Source: Escherichia phage vB_EcoM_Maryam. Taken from it: a stretch of 64,000 nt of DNA. Positions 17,882-28,452 of the stretch are shown piece by piece. Each line of letters opens with the position of its first letter. The stretch's first letter is position 1. Below the pieces are notes generated by a model, which ran no database searches, was not told where the DNA came from, and saw nothing but the letters and a program-made list of their open reading frames with translations. The stretch lies in the sequence record PQ799574.1, one strand, 5' to 3'. The position numbers and the translations under genes were made by a program.

Positions 17882-18439
17882 TTAAATGGAAAGATACCAT
17901 CCATTGTAGTTGCTTTTTCTTACAACCTTACGAAGGTCTTCTCTATCACCGATGAACTTCGGAGTGTACTGGATGACACCTGGATGAATTTCTTTAGTGT
18001 TGAATATAATTATACAGTCCGCGACCTGGTGATTTAGAATGGGCCCTAGATTTATTCCAGAACCATATGGATACTCTCCGCTGCATCCTGTTGTTACAGA
18101 AATCCAACGTGAGTCAGTTTGATGTGTCTTAACTTCTACACGGAGCCCGCAATATTTTGGATGTGCTAAAACATCCCATGCATATGTGTACGGATCATTG
18201 ACATCTTCTTGGCCTTTATTGACATATCCGCTTAGCCAATCTGCTACAAAAAACTCTGCGTACACAGCGATACGGCATCTTTCGATAACTTCTGTCTTAT
18301 CCTGATTTGGGTTTTGTTTTAAAGAGTATCTTGCAGTATCAGCAATTTTGACCTTCATTTCACCAGTCAAGTCACTGTTCGATAGGGTAAATGTCGGAAT
18401 CTGAAATAGTCTCTGTAGCCCCGGATTCGTTTTCTGCAT
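17882..18439 (-). CDS. denB: endonuclease IV DenB
   Basis: 185 aa, size and position (between ndd and rIIB) match recalled T4 DenB. Confidence 0.7.
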   Translation of the reverse strand: MQKTNPGLQRLFQIPTFTLSNSDLTGEMKVKIADTARYSLKQNPNQDKTEVIERCRIAVYAEFFVADWLSGYVNKGQEDVNDPYTYAWDVLAHPKYCGLRVEVKTHQTDSRWISVTTGCSGEYPYGSGINLGPILNHQVADCIIIFNTKEIHPGVIQYTPKFIGDREDLRKVVRKSNYNGWYLSI

Positions 18440-18496
18440 TTAAACTTTCCTTTATGTCGGAATCACTGATATTCATATAATAAATCATAAAACAAA

Positions 18497-18510
18497 AGGG
18501 CCGAAGCCCT
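18497..18510 (-). terminator. AGGGC-UUCG-GCCCU tetraloop hairpin
   Basis: Inverted repeat with CGAA loop on plus strand (UUCG in minus-strand RNA). Confidence 0.45.
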
Positions 18511-18514
18511 TATT

Positions 18515-18709
18515 TTATTTGAATTGTGCAATTCTTTTCTCTAGACATTCAGCATAAGATTTCATTGAGATGAACTGTGAAAGCAGCAGTTCTTGCTCAA
18601 CTGCACTAACCGTTAGAAACTTTGTGCTTTCTAAAAATTTGCTCAGTGCATTAATTTTGAGCATTAATTGATCGTATTCTTCTTTTACTCGTGCTTGATA
18701 ACCTAACAT
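18515..18709 (-). CDS. hypothetical protein between rIIB and denB
   Basis: ORF track 64 aa; bracketed by two copies of the same hairpin. Confidence 0.5.
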   Translation of the reverse strand: MLGYQARVKEEYDQLMLKINALSKFLESTKFLTVSAVEQELLLSQFISMKSYAECLEKRIAQFK

Positions 18710-18716
18710 AATTTTC

Positions 18717-18730
18717 CTTAGTTAAGGGCC
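18717..18730 (-). terminator. AGGGC-UUCG-GCCCU tetraloop hairpin (second copy)
   Basis: Same motif AAGGGCCGAAGCCCTTA as at 18497. Confidence 0.45.
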
Positions 18731-18737
18731 GAAGCCC

Positions 18738-19676
18738 TTATTTAAATTGTTCAGTAACGTCTTCAACTACTTCATATTGGCAGGTACGCATTTTAGCATC
18801 ATTGTAATCAATCGGAATTGATACTACATCACGTGGATGTACTTTAACTTTTACAACTCGGCTGGTTGAACTGCCAAAGTGACGAATATAAGATTTAGAA
18901 CACACATGCAGACCACGAGAACAAGTTTGTGTATCATCGTCATTCACACGAGTACGCGGCATTTTAACTACTTTACCAGGACTGTTATCAAAGGTATTTG
19001 AGTGACAGTCAAAGTAATTGCTGCGAACTACTTTCCAAGCATAGAAGTAACCATCTTCTGTAATTTCAATATCGTTTGCTACCAAGAAATCAAAAAGTCG
19101 AGATACCGCTTTCTGGCTTGGGTTTTCCAGCAGATTTTCCAAGAACGGAAAATAAAATTCAAAGTTTTCGCCTTTTTCCATCGAATCAAGAATACGATCA
19201 ACCAAACCAGACCGCAATTCAATATTTTGATAGAATAAGCTTCCACCTTCAATTCGAACATCGCCGGAAATATATTTTTCAACAGCACGACGAACATTAA
19301 TTTTTTGTGCCGCTTCTTCCAGCTTATCTGCTACAAGCAGATTAAGAATTTCCTGGAAGTTTGAATGAGTATTAGGAGTTGCGTTATAAGTTACACCGTC
19401 AACAGTAATTGAAATGAATTTTTTAGATGCATTCCAAATAATGTCAGATTTAGCAACTGGAGCAATAACTGCATCGCTATTAACTTTAACTGTAATATCA
19501 CCGCTAATAGTAACTTTAGAGCGTTTAGCTTCTTCAGCATTTTTCAAAACACGACGGATTGTGTCAACCGATACATCCTTCCAATAAGCTAATTCCTGCT
19601 GAGTGTAATTACCACTTGAATACAGTTTAACAATTTCAGCTTGTTCGTTTTTGGTCAGGCATTTAATATTGTACAT
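18738..19676 (-). CDS. rIIB: rIIB protein
   Basis: 312 aa, MYNIKCLTKNEQAEIVKLYSSGNYTQQELA...; adjacent to rIIA. Confidence 0.9.
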   Translation of the reverse strand: MYNIKCLTKNEQAEIVKLYSSGNYTQQELAYWKDVSVDTIRRVLKNAEEAKRSKVTISGDITVKVNSDAVIAPVAKSDIIWNASKKFISITVDGVTYNATPNTHSNFQEILNLLVADKLEEAAQKINVRRAVEKYISGDVRIEGGSLFYQNIELRSGLVDRILDSMEKGENFEFYFPFLENLLENPSQKAVSRLFDFLVANDIEITEDGYFYAWKVVRSNYFDCHSNTFDNSPGKVVKMPRTRVNDDDTQTCSRGLHVCSKSYIRHFGSSTSRVVKVKVHPRDVVSIPIDYNDAKMRTCQYEVVEDVTEQFK

Positions 19677-19687
19677 AATTTTCCTTA

Positions 19688-21865
19688 TTAGGCCGCAAGG
19701 GCCTTCATAGTTTTAGCGATTTGGGAAACTTCATCATCACTTAAAGAGTTGCGATATCCGATGAAGTCGGAAACAATACGGAATTTCTTGGTAAACTCAG
19801 CAACCATTTTATCACTGTTTTTTGAAGCATTATTTGATAATACATCAAAAAGATTAGTTACTGTCCAGATGTCATGACCGATGGTATCTTTTCCACCATT
19901 AAAATATACACCGCGCAATGAACTAACTATATTAGCGAGTCGTGTATATTCTTCAGAAACTTCATCTGTACTGAAGTACTTCATCATAAAATCTAGTTCA
20001 GGATACTTGATAATTTTATCAATATATCGTTGAGCTGAACTTGAATAACCTACATACTTATCATAATCTACATCATCAAAAGCATCTACATATAAATCAC
20101 GCAAAGCTTCAAAAATACATTGGCACTGACCGAGTTCTTTTACCTTTTTCTGTAAAAGCGGACGAATAACATAAAATTCATTAATGCCAATAAGATTAGC
20201 CATACGAATCAAAATATTCATAGATGGATGACAAAGAGATGTAGTACCATCCATAGAGAAAATATCAGAACGATGCATATACGCTACATAACCAGTAATT
20301 TCATCTGCTTCTGATGTGAGCGTAAATAATTCCTCTTTTTCCCATCGCCCATCTTTAATTTCAAACTTAAATGCTGTAGCAGCTTTAGGACGAGGAGCTT
20401 TACTTTTAACTACCTTTGGAATATAGCTTTTAACTAAAGCTTCAATTTCTGACAAATAATGAATGTTAACTTCATCACTTTCAAACATCGCCATAATATC
20501 AGGAAGTAAATCAATCTGCGATTCTACTTCCGGATTAATAAACAGAAGACGCTCATTGTGATGAATATTCAAAGTGTTATTAAATTCACTATCATCTAAC
20601 GCGTGTGCTAATCCACGGACAATATTAACACGATTTTTAATATTATCAATAACGATATTAATTTTTGTTGCATTAATACCAAACAGACGATAACTTGATG
20701 CAACGGCTGAAGTTTCATGACTTTGCTTAATGCGCTTCAGTCGAGGGTCAAGATTTACTTCATACACAACTCCTGCATTACATAACTTACTATCAGGTTC
20801 AAACATGCTTTGCATCTTCTTATATGACAGATTTTTAGTCGTAAATTTGACTGAATTACTAATCATATAATCTCGAGCAGAATACCCCATCTTCATCAAT
20901 TCACGATATGTATGACGGGGAGATGTGGATTCTTTAAATCGTTTTACATCTTCATTAAATGCTTTCTCACTGAGTTCTTTAACTCGTTCAATGATATTTT
21001 TACGAGTGCGATCATCTAGTGAAAGAGCCTCGCGAGATGGAGCAATATCAAGTGAACCCATTGGAAACTTAATGTAATTCACTTCATTGCGAATGCTTAG
21101 CCAGTTACGGTCTCTAATAACACCATCGATAGGATAAACAATACCGCCATAGATAGCATATAATCCACCACGATCAGGCCAGTATCTTTCTGGATTTACA
21201 CCATAATAATCATCAAAATCCGGAAAATAATCAATTTCACGGTCAAGACCATTAATGATAGCCAAATCTTTGAACGGTCGCATGATATAAGAAACTTCAT
21301 AAGCAAAGTTTCTAAAGTCTTTTTCTTCAACTGGAACTACGATTTCAATACCAGTTTTATCATCTGGACCCATTTCTTTTACGAATGTAGGTTTAATCTG
21401 TGGACCATCACCATCCATGTAAGCTACATAACCACGAATTTCACCTTTATGATACGAAGTAATACTAAACGTATCAGTATAACTAAACGGAGATTTAGAA
21501 CCTAAACCAAATCCGCCAATAAAGTCATTAGATTCAGCTTTAGATGAACTGAAGTATGAATTATACAACCCAGGAGAATTATCATCACCTTGAATATCAA
21601 AATCACTCATACCCGGACCAAAATCTCGACAAACAAATCGCGGGTCTAAACGTCCAGGAACTTGTATGATAAATTTCTCTGGATTTCCATTAAGTGCATG
21701 AGCATCAATCATGTTAGTAATCAATTCACGGACTACTGCGCGAATCTTGTTTGTATACAAATCAGACGACAGAATTTTAAATACTTTAGGAGATGCTGTG
21801 ATGCTAAATGCTTTCGATTTAGAACCATTACCAAGAATTGTTTCTTTTTCAGTGGTGATAATCAT
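19688..21865 (-). CDS. rIIA: rIIA protein
   Basis: 725 aa, [25 protein letters not shown]...; GHKL-type ATPase-like N-terminus. Confidence 0.9.
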   Translation of the reverse strand: MIITTEKETILGNGSKSKAFSITASPKVFKILSSDLYTNKIRAVVRELITNMIDAHALNGNPEKFIIQVPGRLDPRFVCRDFGPGMSDFDIQGDDNSPGLYNSYFSSSKAESNDFIGGFGLGSKSPFSYTDTFSITSYHKGEIRGYVAYMDGDGPQIKPTFVKEMGPDDKTGIEIVVPVEEKDFRNFAYEVSYIMRPFKDLAIINGLDREIDYFPDFDDYYGVNPERYWPDRGGLYAIYGGIVYPIDGVIRDRNWLSIRNEVNYIKFPMGSLDIAPSREALSLDDRTRKNIIERVKELSEKAFNEDVKRFKESTSPRHTYRELMKMGYSARDYMISNSVKFTTKNLSYKKMQSMFEPDSKLCNAGVVYEVNLDPRLKRIKQSHETSAVASSYRLFGINATKINIVIDNIKNRVNIVRGLAHALDDSEFNNTLNIHHNERLLFINPEVESQIDLLPDIMAMFESDEVNIHYLSEIEALVKSYIPKVVKSKAPRPKAATAFKFEIKDGRWEKEELFTLTSEADEITGYVAYMHRSDIFSMDGTTSLCHPSMNILIRMANLIGINEFYVIRPLLQKKVKELGQCQCIFEALRDLYVDAFDDVDYDKYVGYSSSAQRYIDKIIKYPELDFMMKYFSTDEVSEEYTRLANIVSSLRGVYFNGGKDTIGHDIWTVTNLFDVLSNNASKNSDKMVAEFTKKFRIVSDFIGYRNSLSDDEVSQIAKTMKALAA

Positions 21866-21875
21866 AATTTCCTCA

Positions 21876-22079
21876 TTAATTCATATTACGCTTAATAACT
21901 TCAGCAACTTCTAGTAGTTCATCTTTAGTTGCGGTGTCGGATTGAATTTTATCTCTAATATCTTTAAAGCGGTTTTTAAATTCTTCAGCTTCTCCCATAT
22001 CGAAAAAGCGTTGAATGATTCTATATTCTCGATGAACTGCTTTATCAAAAAGTTCTAAATTTACTTTATATGATTTCAT
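21876..22079 (-). CDS. hypothetical protein (rIIA.1-like)
   Basis: ORF track 67 aa. Confidence 0.5.
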   Translation of the reverse strand: MKSYKVNLELFDKAVHREYRIIQRFFDMGEAEEFKNRFKDIRDKIQSDTATKDELLEVAEVIKRNMN

Positions 22080-22104
22080 TTCAATATCCTCATTTGCCCA
22101 ATTA

Positions 22105-22134
22105 ATTATACCACATCCTTGTGGTAAAGTAAAC
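22105..22134 (-). promoter_or_regulatory. T4-type early promoter (GTTTAC ... TATAAT) for rIIA.1/rIIA
   Basis: Reverse complement reads GTTTAC ~18 nt TATAAT. Confidence 0.45.
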
Positions 22135-23954
22135 TACTGGCTCATCCATTCTTTACGAAGGTCAGCATTATCTCCCATGAGCATTTCAAAAAGCTCTTTC
22201 CAGTTCTCAGGAAGTTTAACAACATCATATACTGGGTTTTGAATCATCTCACGATATTCAGATTTTTCCAAAGAGCCAAGTCCCTTAATATAACGGATGC
22301 TATGTTTAGGTAGAGCATCTTTGGCACTCTCATATTCAGCGACTGTATAAAACCATTCTTGTTTTTTACCGACCTGAGCGATGATTACAGGAGTTTTGAC
22401 AAAGCGAATTCGTCCTTGCTCAAACAATTCTGGCCAATTACTAAAAAATCCAAGCAGAGAAGGATAAATGCTTCCTAGACCATCATGGTCAGCATCAGTC
22501 ATAATAGCAATATTATGATAATTCAAGTTTTCAGCTTTTTCACCGAGAACTAATCCAGTGATTGCGCAAATATCAAATAGTTCTTTGTTTTTAAGCATAT
22601 CAGCATATGACATACCCCAACTATTAAGAACTTTACCACGCAATGGATAACCACCATGAAGTTCTTTATCACGAACATCAATAAGATATCCGATAGCCGA
22701 ATCACCCTCAGTCAAGAAAAGAGTCGTGTCAGCATCTTTACCACAAAGATTCGCTTTAATATGTTTATGAACCTTAGCTTTAGAAGCCTTTTTAGCTGCT
22801 TTTGTTTCTGCTGCTTTTTCTGCTGCCAATTTACGAGCCAAAGCAGCTTCAATAATCGGCATTAGAATTGCTTCATTATTTAGAATAGCACGTGAAATCT
22901 TTTTAGCATCAAGCTGAATATGACTACGGATTTCACCAAATGGAGAAGTCAAACGCTCTTTAGTTTGAGAATCAAATCGCATGTTTTTCATATCACGAAC
23001 AAACATAACGATAGTCAAACATTCTTTAACACGTGCTTTAGTTACATCAATTTTGAATTTACGTTTGATTTGTGGAATAAGGTCTTCACAAATATCATCC
23101 ATAACACAGTCAATGTGATGGCCACCATTCTTAGTGTGAATGTTATTCACATAAGTTAATTGACGAAATCCATCCGGTGAACGACCAACCGCAATAGAAC
23201 AATTTTCTTGTTCTTGAACAATAGCATGTTCATCATACTGTCGTGCATATTTCTTAAAATTGCCCTGAACCTTTTTACCATTAAAGGTAAATTGAATATC
23301 AGGATAAACAACAGCAAGTGTCTGGAGACGATCTAGTGTAATATCAAGATAAACTTGGGACAGCTCATTAGTTTCAAATGACATAAAATCAGGAATGAAA
23401 GTAACACGTGTTCCTTTCCATTTTCCAGGAATATCTTCCCATGATTTATTTTCCATGCCATTTGAACAACGAACTACAATATTATTTTGACCATCACCCG
23501 TTTCACCAACAAACATCACAGAAAAAATGTTTGTCAAACTAGAACCAACACCATTCATACCGCCGGTGACACGTTCTTTATCATCACCAAAGTTACCACC
23601 CGCTTTTGGAATAGTCCAAGCAGCAACTGGACCAGGAATTTCTTCACCGGTAGGTGTTTTAACCATCGCTTGTGGAATACCACGACCGTTATCTTCAACT
23701 GTTACTTGATTGTTTTTAATAGTAACATTAATTTTATTTGCGAATTTAAACTTAGTACGAATACCTTCATCGACTGAGTTATCGATAATTTCATCAATAA
23801 GCTTAACAAGACCAGGTACATACTGAACACTTTCCCATTTACCAAACAGAAAGCGCTCATGCATTTCATTAGCAGAAGAGCCAATGTACATGCCACTACG
23901 CTTTTTGATATGTTCAATATCGCTCAGAATTTTAATTTCATTCTTAATCATCAC
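22134..23954 (-). CDS. 39: DNA topoisomerase II large (ATPase) subunit, single fused gp39 (T2-type, no gene 60 split)
   Basis: 606 aa continuous ORF covering both the ATPase domain and the TOPRIM-containing C-terminal part. Confidence 0.9.
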   Translation of the reverse strand: MMIKNEIKILSDIEHIKKRSGMYIGSSANEMHERFLFGKWESVQYVPGLVKLIDEIIDNSVDEGIRTKFKFANKINVTIKNNQVTVEDNGRGIPQAMVKTPTGEEIPGPVAAWTIPKAGGNFGDDKERVTGGMNGVGSSLTNIFSVMFVGETGDGQNNIVVRCSNGMENKSWEDIPGKWKGTRVTFIPDFMSFETNELSQVYLDITLDRLQTLAVVYPDIQFTFNGKKVQGNFKKYARQYDEHAIVQEQENCSIAVGRSPDGFRQLTYVNNIHTKNGGHHIDCVMDDICEDLIPQIKRKFKIDVTKARVKECLTIVMFVRDMKNMRFDSQTKERLTSPFGEIRSHIQLDAKKISRAILNNEAILMPIIEAALARKLAAEKAAETKAAKKASKAKVHKHIKANLCGKDADTTLFLTEGDSAIGYLIDVRDKELHGGYPLRGKVLNSWGMSYADMLKNKELFDICAITGLVLGEKAENLNYHNIAIMTDADHDGLGSIYPSLLGFFSNWPELFEQGRIRFVKTPVIIAQVGKKQEWFYTVAEYESAKDALPKHSIRYIKGLGSLEKSEYREMIQNPVYDVVKLPENWKELFEMLMGDNADLRKEWMSQ

Positions 23955-24004
23955 TTATCCTCGTTTGGTTTCGGGAATATTATACTCCGGTAATCATAAA
24001 GCTA

Positions 24005-24021
24005 AAGGCCCGAAGGCCTTT
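24005..24021. terminator. AGGCC-CGAA-GGCCT hairpin with flanking T-run
   Basis: Inverted repeat 24005-24018 followed by TTTTATTT. Confidence 0.45.
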
Positions 24022-24290
24022 TATTTAAAACGAATAGTTGAATCCTTAAAGAACAGCCCAGAACATACTGTTCCTTCTACTTTCTGCCCGGTAGGTCCAA
24101 TAGCACGAAATCCAGTATGTTGGAAATCATTTTCAGAGCAACCGAACCAGTTATATCCAGTGATTTCAATATTCGTAAAACCACTTGATGATAAAATTTT
24201 AGTTGCATTATCAGCATCAGTACATCCTACTAAAGATACTGCTAATACTAATGCTGCAATAGAACGATTAATATATTTCATAATTTTCAC
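24021..24290 (-). CDS. putative lipoprotein
   Basis: 89 aa; signal peptide with lipobox LVGC. Confidence 0.5.
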   Translation of the reverse strand: MKIMKYINRSIAALVLAVSLVGCTDADNATKILSSSGFTNIEITGYNWFGCSENDFQHTGFRAIGPTGQKVEGTVCSGLFFKDSTIRFK

Positions 24291-24658
24291 TTAAATTTAA
24301 TGGCTTGAAGAAGACTAATAACTCTCAAGCGACTTCTTTCATCTTTAACTGTAAAGGAAAGAGGGTCACCAGATTTCATAGTGATAGTGCATCCAAAATC
24401 AAAATTTTCGGGAACTTCTTTGAAGAAGTCAAATTCTTCATCATAAATTAGAACATTACTCTGACAACTATGAAGAATTTTTCCATCATTTCCAGATGCT
24501 GTACTAATCATTGTAACATTATGACCTTTCATATCTTCAACGATAAATTCACTAGTCAATATTACAGCATTAATAGAACTATTCCTATTACTAGCAGAAA
24601 GTAGAAATTTCTGTTCTTCACCTTCACGAATGCAATATTTCTTACCAATTTTAAACAT
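24287..24658 (-). CDS. hypothetical protein
   Basis: ORF track 123 aa. Confidence 0.5.
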   Translation of the reverse strand: MFKIGKKYCIREGEEQKFLLSASNRNSSINAVILTSEFIVEDMKGHNVTMISTASGNDGKILHSCQSNVLIYDEEFDFFKEVPENFDFGCTITMKSGDPLSFTVKDERSRLRVISLLQAIKFK

Positions 24659-24660
24659 AA

Positions 24661-24837
24661 TTACCCTTTAAGTAAATCGTAAAATCCACCATTCACATGC
24701 TTAGGAGCAGAAGGCCGACGAGTAGACAAACGATGACATTTAGGGCAAACATCATTTTCTCGTTCAGAAATCTTTTTAATTTTTTCATATTCATGCCCGC
24801 AGTCTTCAGATTGGCATTTATAATCATACATTGGCAT
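24661..24837 (-). CDS. zinc-ribbon protein (58 aa, two CxxC pairs)
   Basis: Minus-strand MPMYDYKCQSEDCGHEYEKIKKISERENDVCPKCHRLS...; not in ORF track (<60 aa). Confidence 0.45.
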   Translation of the reverse strand: MPMYDYKCQSEDCGHEYEKIKKISERENDVCPKCHRLSTRRPSAPKHVNGGFYDLLKG

Positions 24838-24839
24838 AA

Positions 24840-25265
24840 TTATTCCTTAAAGTGTGCTTTCAGCATTTGATACAAGGACCATGCCTGTTCATTATTTTCA
24901 ATAGTAACTTTCATGACAGGAAATTCTGTGAAATCTTCTATTTGTTCTTGCTCTTTCTCTTCCTGCTCTTGCTCTTCAGCTGCCTGATATGGATTTTCCA
25001 CTTCATCAAAGAACTCGGCTTCGTTAGTAGAGAGCCAGATAAAGTTTTCGTCAAGGATATCACCATGTGTTGCATATCCAATTGTGCCAGTAAATGACAT
25101 AATTTTAGTAGGACGACCAAGATGGTCAACATCTAAAATTTTAAAAGGATGCATACCTAAACGTCGTGCATAAATTCCGTTATCAGTATGGTCTTTAATA
25201 AAAGCTTCTTGAGCTTGTTTATTTTTAAATTGATACCATTTATTAACTTCAAATTTAATAGCCAT
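24840..25265 (-). CDS. hypothetical protein with acidic C-terminal region
   Basis: ORF track 141 aa. Confidence 0.5.
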   Translation of the reverse strand: MAIKFEVNKWYQFKNKQAQEAFIKDHTDNGIYARRLGMHPFKILDVDHLGRPTKIMSFTGTIGYATHGDILDENFIWLSTNEAEFFDEVENPYQAAEEQEQEEKEQEQIEDFTEFPVMKVTIENNEQAWSLYQMLKAHFKE

Positions 25266-25480
25266 TAATAAATTTCCTTCCAGTAAGTTGTGCCATCTTC
25301 AGTAATTTCACGAAATACACCGTAAATTGGTTGTTTATCACCAACCTTTTCATACACATAAACCGAAGTCAAGTGAGTAAACTTAACGGTATGTTCCTTT
25401 TGAACCACTACCAAATCTGGATCAAATAATACATCTTCAAATTCGTCATTAGTGCAATTCTGAACAATTTTACGTTTCAT
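25265..25480 (-). CDS. hypothetical protein
   Basis: ORF track 71 aa. Confidence 0.5.
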   Translation of the reverse strand: MKRKIVQNCTNDEFEDVLFDPDLVVVQKEHTVKFTHLTSVYVYEKVGDKQPIYGVFREITEDGTTYWKEIY

Positions 25481-25493
25481 TACAATTTCCTCA

Positions 25494-25775
25494 TTAATTA
25501 AACATTGGAGCGATACGTTTCAGAAGAGTAGCAGCACCTTTAGCGAATTTTACATCATGAAAAACAGTTTCTTCTTCTGTAACAACTCGAACTTTAATAT
25601 TTTCACAATCCCAATTTTTACGAACAATCTTCAAAAGCTGCAGTAAATCTTTACATTCAGCAATATCGATAACACATCCACGAGAATCTTCCATTATCGC
25701 ACGATAACCGTAAGCCATACCATAATCGTTGAAAGATTGCTCGATGATAATTAAGTTTTCCATTTTATTCTCCAA
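25494..25775 (-). CDS. hypothetical protein
   Basis: ORF track 93 aa. Confidence 0.5.
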   Translation of the reverse strand: MENKMENLIIIEQSFNDYGMAYGYRAIMEDSRGCVIDIAECKDLLQLLKIVRKNWDCENIKVRVVTEEETVFHDVKFAKGAATLLKRIAPMFN

Positions 25776-25860
25776 GTTGTTTTCTGTATCAGTAGTTGAT
25801 ATTGATATAGTACCATAATCAACTACTGATGTATATAGTTTTATGAAAAAATTTTAAACT

Positions 25861-26352
25861 TTATGCATAGCGAGCTTTGCTGTAGTGTTTAATCCAACTT
25901 TCAGGAATGACTTTGTATGTTCCTAAAAATACCGCGTTGTATAACTTAACGCCATCTTCTACCCATTGATCAGTAATGTATGCACACATAGCGCGAGTAC
26001 GGTTAACAACACCTTCCTCACCTTCAGTAAATTCAAACTCATAAGGAGCAACGAACTTGATAGCTTGACCGAGTTTCCACTTAAAGTCTACACCTACATG
26101 CGAAGTATCAATCGTTTCAATTCCTTTAGCGGGAACAGCTTTCAAAAACGCAGGCTCAAGAAATTTCCATCGAACATAACCAAACTGAGGTTTAGACATT
26201 CCATCTTTAGGAATGATACGCACTTTTACTTCAGAATCTTCATCTTTAACACCATGTTTAAGCTGAATGCTTACGACTTCAACCAATTTTCCTGCTGCTT
26301 TAGAACGGGATTTATCAGATACACGAGCAATTTCACCGATATTAATATTCAT
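25861..26352 (-). CDS. hypothetical protein (paralog of next ORF)
   Basis: 163 aa; C-terminal WVEDGVKLYNAVFLGTYKVIPESW similar to WIEDGVELLNVVHAGEYSVVPRS in 26426..26926. Confidence 0.5.
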   Translation of the reverse strand: MNINIGEIARVSDKSRSKAAGKLVEVVSIQLKHGVKDEDSEVKVRIIPKDGMSKPQFGYVRWKFLEPAFLKAVPAKGIETIDTSHVGVDFKWKLGQAIKFVAPYEFEFTEGEEGVVNRTRAMCAYITDQWVEDGVKLYNAVFLGTYKVIPESWIKHYSKARYA

Positions 26353-26425
26353 AATTATCTCTCACTTGTTAAAAAGATTTTATACTCCGCAGGACCATTA
26401 TACTCTGGTCCCAAGAGTTTGTAAA

Positions 26426-26926
26426 CTAGCTTACACGAACATTAATCACTGCGCTGCGAGGAACTACGGAGTACTCTCCAGCATGAACTACGTTCAGAAG
26501 TTCAACACCATCTTCAATCCACTGATCAGTTACCCAACCGCCAATCGGATTCGCGAATGGACGACGAATATAAACTGCCTTACACAACAAATCAGTCGGG
26601 TCTTCAATTTTTTCAACTGGTGTTACATACATAGAAACTAAATCCATATCAATATGGGATTTTTCTTGTTCTTCTTTTTCAATTTCTGTCAATAAATTGA
26701 AATCTTCTTCATAGATGATGAATGATGATACCCTTCCATAATAGTTTCTAATTTCCATGTACACTGTACCAATGAGAATTCCGCTATTAACACTAATAAC
26801 AGTAAAAGGATATCCGCCAGTTGTACCAAGAAGTTCCCAAAACTTGCTATCAGTCGTATTCGACATTGTCTGGAAATCAATTTCAGATGGTTTTTTCATT
26901 TGATACGTAGTATTAATTTTAATCAT
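26426..26926 (-). CDS. hypothetical protein (paralog of previous ORF)
   Basis: 166 aa; shared C-terminal motif. Confidence 0.5.
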   Translation of the reverse strand: MIKINTTYQMKKPSEIDFQTMSNTTDSKFWELLGTTGGYPFTVISVNSGILIGTVYMEIRNYYGRVSSFIIYEEDFNLLTEIEKEEQEKSHIDMDLVSMYVTPVEKIEDPTDLLCKAVYIRRPFANPIGGWVTDQWIEDGVELLNVVHAGEYSVVPRSAVINVRVS

Positions 26927-26935
26927 AATTTTCCT

Positions 26936-27487
26936 TTAATCTAAGGTAATAAAGCCTTTTAATTCGGCATGCGATTTGCGAAACATTACTTGATGCCCAC
27001 CAATGATAACTTGATCATCTGGCACTTCATAAATCGCAATGTACATTCCACGATCTTTTAAGTCTTCACGCTCTTCTCGAGTAAACCATCTCATTATATC
27101 ATATTCACTAGCGAAAGCAAAATGATATAATGCAATAAACCACAATGGAATATAATTTTCAATTCGTGAATAATCTTTATTCCATTTAGTTTTAATAGCA
27201 TCATTAGCATTTTCAACTAATAACTTATCATCGTGTGGAATAGGAATACTTTCATGACTTTCATAATCATTGCTATGATGATGAAATGATGATGAATTAA
27301 TACCGCAAAATTTTAGCCAAGTTCGAGTTTTCATAGAATCAAATCCACGATAAGGAGTTGATTGAACACATAACTCTTGCCTAATTTTCATTATACCACT
27401 ATCATCATTTAATGCGCTAAACGATGATTCAACACGATAAATTTTCATTTTATTATCCTCAGTAGCTATGGTGTTATAATACCACAA
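26936..27487 (-). CDS. hypothetical protein
   Basis: ORF track 183 aa; start may be internal. Confidence 0.45.
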   Translation of the reverse strand: MWYYNTIATEDNKMKIYRVESSFSALNDDSGIMKIRQELCVQSTPYRGFDSMKTRTWLKFCGINSSSFHHHSNDYESHESIPIPHDDKLLVENANDAIKTKWNKDYSRIENYIPLWFIALYHFAFASEYDIMRWFTREEREDLKDRGMYIAIYEVPDDQVIIGGHQVMFRKSHAELKGFITLD

Positions 27488-27511
27488 CTAACCGAGGAAG
27501 TAAACAACTTT

Positions 27512-28195
27512 TTATCGTTTTGTTGGAAGAGATAGAGGATCGCACTCTTCCTCTGATGGAGCGTCTTCAAGACCCATCGCATAGCGCAAAGCATACTTCA
27601 TCATCAGGATGTCTTTCGCACAGTCATGAATAGAATCATGCGCAACGAATCCATCTAAAGTTCCCTTTGGAAGAGGACATGTGGTCATATCACGAACAAG
27701 CAGAAGTGCTTCAATTCTGGTACGAATATCACGCTGATTCCAGAATTTACATGGTTCTAACTTAAATGTGTCAAGCTCATTCTCAGATACACCATTAAGG
27801 CGTTGAATATCACGAATGAGATCGACTAAAATTGGAAAATCAAACGACATTCCACGGCACCAGCCTTGAGATTTCCAAGGATCGATATTATGTGCATTGA
27901 TGTAATCATTAAATTTCGCAATACCGTCGATAGTGCTTACATCTTCATCGGACGGTGCAATATTTTTTCGAGCTTCAGGAGACTGATTTTTCCACCATTC
28001 GATAGTGCTTTTAGTAAAAAGACGGTGTCCTTTTTGGCTTTTTAAATCAAATTTGATTTTAATGCCGCGTGAAACTAATTCATCAAATGTTTCAACTACT
28101 TCTGGGTTAGGGTCAAAAGCAATTACAGCTAAATCAATAACAGCTGCTTTTTCACCACTTCCCATTGTTTCAAAATCTATAATAAAATCAAACAT
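27512..28195 (-). CDS. dexA: exonuclease A (DEDD 3'-5' exonuclease)
   Basis: 227 aa, MFDFIIDFETMGSGEKAAVIDLAVIAF... DEDDh-type motifs. Confidence 0.9.
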   Translation of the reverse strand: MFDFIIDFETMGSGEKAAVIDLAVIAFDPNPEVVETFDELVSRGIKIKFDLKSQKGHRLFTKSTIEWWKNQSPEARKNIAPSDEDVSTIDGIAKFNDYINAHNIDPWKSQGWCRGMSFDFPILVDLIRDIQRLNGVSENELDTFKLEPCKFWNQRDIRTRIEALLLVRDMTTCPLPKGTLDGFVAHDSIHDCAKDILMMKYALRYAMGLEDAPSEEECDPLSLPTKR

Positions 28196-28452
28196 TAAAT
28201 TTTCCTTGCTAAATCGCGAATTTGACCTACAGTATAATCTTGGATATAAACTTTATTAATAGGCTCATCAATAAATTTTGACATAGATTCAATATCTTTT
28301 TGTATCTCTTCAAGACTGTATACTATCTTTAAAGCTTTTTCGCGAATAGTAATATTTTCAGGACCCTGATTTTCTTCAATGACAGCTTTAACATTTGTCA
28401 TAAGAGATTTAAATTGGTACCAACTTAATTCAATCATTAATAATCGCCTCAT
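28195..28452 (-). CDS. hypothetical protein (tandem paralog 1)
   Basis: 85 aa, similar in pattern to next ORF. Confidence 0.5.
   Translation of the reverse strand: MRRLLMIELSWYQFKSLMTNVKAVIEENQGPENITIREKALKIVYSLEEIQKDIESMSKFIDEPINKVYIQDYTVGQIRDLARKI

Noticed and set aside
24000-27500. Possibility that the region between gene 39 and dexA is a defence or anti-defence island
   Set aside because: ORF sizes and order are compatible with the native T-even small-gene set for this interval; no recognisable nuclease, ATPase or toxin domains were seen. Not excluded, but not supportable from sequence alone.
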